Notes under the pieces: generated by a model | What the model saw: the letters and a program-made list of their open reading frames with translations, nothing else | Told to the model about the DNA's origin: nothing | Databases searched by the model: none | Position numbers and translations under genes: made by a program | Shown here: positions 61,672-64,000 of the stretch, one piece after another | Numbering within the stretch: position 1 is the stretch's first letter | Layout of the letters: each line of letters opens with the position of its first letter | DNA from: Macrostomum hystrix | Taxonomy: Eukaryota; Animalia; Platyhelminthes | Direction: 5' to 3' | Length of the DNA: 64,000 bases | NCBI GenBank assembly: GCA_950097015.1 | Contig: CATNEN010000001.1 | Span: 7,998,001-8,062,000, forward strand

Positions 61672-63044
61672 GACCGTGCCTGAACTACAAGCTGAGCACA
61701 GGCCCAGTCCTGCTCTCTCCTGCCGTCAGCAGCGAGCTGACCAACTTCACGAGCACGCAGACGGAGTCGGACTGTGTGACAATGTGCCACGTGAGAAGGT
61801 GTGTCGTGGCCATTTTCACTGCAGTTAGCCGCCTCTGCCAGCTCGTGAGCGTGAACGACGCGTCCAGAGAACTCGGGCCGACTGACACCCACGTGCGACG
61901 ACTCCTGGGGTCCGAAGGCGGCCAGAGAGTATGGATGGTGGAGGAACTCGAGGAGCTGCTGCGACTGAGGCAGTTCAACGTTTCTACAGCCATGGTTTTC
62001 GGCAGTAAGTGAAATAACATTCAGTATGCACGCCACAGTCTAGTCCGACTGCATTTTGCGAGGCAGCTTCAAAGCCGAGGGAAAAAACGGAAAGAAGCCC
62101 AAGCTTCTGACTCCTCAGTTACAGCACGAAGCGTGCGAATTGCAGACTCAAGCTCCGGCAGAAGCGGCTCGATCCAGCATGCCCTCATCAACCTCACTGG
62201 CTGCTACCGCATCGAGGTCGTCGGTGCCTGTGGCGGCAACAATAACGTTCTCGGCTTCCGAGGAGGCACAGGAGCTCTGGCTGCAGCCAGCTTCGTCCTG
62301 ACGGCTGGCACCTGGCTCACTATTGCTGTGGGACAGGCTGGAGTTTCTGTTGACAACCAAGACGCTGGAGCTGGCGGTGGCGGAGGCAGCTTCGTGTACA
62401 GGAAGAACGACAGTCGGCTGCTGATTGCGGCCGGTGGGGGCGGAGGCGCCTCTTCGTTCATGGCGGGTGAGTTGCGAATGAAATACTGAAAGATCTCGCG
62501 TCAGTAATCGAATGCACCATTGCTGGCAGGAAAGCATGGAAACGCGGGTGTCAACGGCAGTGACTCACAGGGCAAGAGCTCCTACAATGTGGGTCACGGA
62601 GGAGCGAATGGCAACCCTGGATCAAATGATCCGACTATTTACGACACCGGAAACAACCACGGAGGCTGTGGTGCTGGCTGGTTGCGTGGCCCTCGCATTG
62701 CCATCAGAAGCTCGCGGTGTGGCGAAGGAGGAGGCGGTCTGACCGACGGATGGGTTGGCGGCCTCGCTGGTAGGGAGACATCCTTTCTCGGCTCGAGCGG
62801 CGGCGATGGCGGGTTCGGCGGAGGAGGCGGTGGCGGAGCTGCCGCGAGTTACGGAGCGGCCGGAGGAGGCGGAGGCTTCAGCGGAGGCGGCGCCGGAATG
62901 GGTGGCACTAACGCCGGAGGTGGCGGCGGCTCGTTCTGCGGCGGCAGCGGCTGCGTCGCCGTCATCGGGGGCGGCAACGCGGGCAGCGAGCACGGCCGAG
63001 TGACGCTGAAGCTGCTGGCTCCTCTGGCTGACAGCTGCCTGTGA
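61672..63044 (+). CDS. Paralogue D: PAN/Apple + ALK/LTK-type glycine-rich domain protein (signal exon not found)
   Basis: Exons 61672-62004, 62146-62466, 62530-63044; near-identical to paralogue C. Confidence 0.82.
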
Positions 63045-64000
63045 CTTTTTGGTAGCACATTTGATTTAGCGAACTGTTGGTGCAAATTAATCAAATAAGT
63101 CAGCTTGTAGGGTAGTTAAAAATAAATGGCTAATGCGAGAGCCGCAATTGCAAGCGAAAGCGAAAGCCTTGGCCCTAGCTTATGTACATTCAAGCCTCAA
63201 TAGACAGAAATCTCGTCCCCACAAACAAACACTGACAAATGCATGGAGGGCTGTAGCCCGAGTATTCTAAGTCTAGCTTCAACTTATGAAATTTCGGTTT
63301 CACTTTTCATGTGATGCAAGAAAAAGTTGATCGCAAAAAACAGGATGATCTTTCATTAATTACTGCTTACTTCTTATTCATACTTAATTAGATAATTAAA
63401 CTTTCCCAGACTAAAGCAAGACATTCATTACAATGCTGGGCACAATTTATATGCGAAACTTACGAGTACATGCGATTTCTGAACCATTTTAGCACAATTT
63501 TCACTCAAGGTTGCATGCATTATTTGTGGATGAAAAATTCACGTTTTATAAATGAAAATCAATACTGTACATCTGAAATGTGTTGCACAGCTTCAAGTGA
63601 CATGTCATTGTCTTGGAAACATCTAGACGCATCTATTGAAACCATTTTCAATGACATTGGGGCAATGAAAAACATTTTATTAGAGTAAACTTGAAAATGC
63701 TGCTTCTCTTAAAAGTACTGCATCGTGTACTGACGCTCAATCAATGTTCACAGGCATGCATAGATGCTGTCCTTTTGAAGAGGGCTCTAAATGCTATCCA
63801 ACGACACCAAACTTGATTCGAGAAATTGCGCTACTAAAATCTTATGAGCAATTGGCATAGGCCCCGGGTGTCAAAATTGCTGCAATGTGCCTTCCATTTC
63901 GAAAAATCGAATTTTCCAACACTAATGCAGCTGCTCATCGGATGCAGCATAGTATTGGGTACATTTCGTCTCTGCACATAAAAAAATGCGCAAGACCGTT

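Noticed and set aside
41166-63044. A true ALK/LTK receptor kinase gene, or PE-PGRS/loricrin-type Gly-rich proteins
   Set aside because: Each copy stops right after the Gly-rich domain with no TM or kinase, and the Gly runs are interleaved with ALK-GRD-type strand motifs rather than being simple low complexity

Overview
Eukaryotic (animal) genomic DNA with spliced genes and many repeats. The CAG tracts, intronic minisatellites and splice acceptors just upstream of start codons resemble a free-living flatworm such as Macrostomum; that assignment is inference only. Left half: a 10-exon Shank-like scaffold gene (minus strand; SPN/FERM-F0, ankyrin, PDZ and Pro-rich regions, no SH3 or SAM seen), a young inverted Penelope-like retroelement with hammerhead ribozyme motifs, then a same-strand run of MRPS18A-like, TSR1 and an FRS2/DOK-like PTB adaptor. 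Most long introns and spacers here carry their own minisatellite, with units clustering at 20-22, 30, 40 and 52 bp. Right half: four paralogues encoding signal peptide + PAN/Apple + ALK/LTK-type glycine-rich domain with no TM or kinase (the signal exon of the fourth was not found), interleaved with SINEs, a Crypton/LINE composite insertion and a non-LTR retrotransposon (RTEX-like) with both ORFs intact. The standout candidate system is that retrotransposon: its ORF1 begins with an ALKBH2/3-type AlkB demethylase domain whose catalytic residues are all present. Exon boundaries were derived by hand from GT/AG sites and reading-frame continuity.
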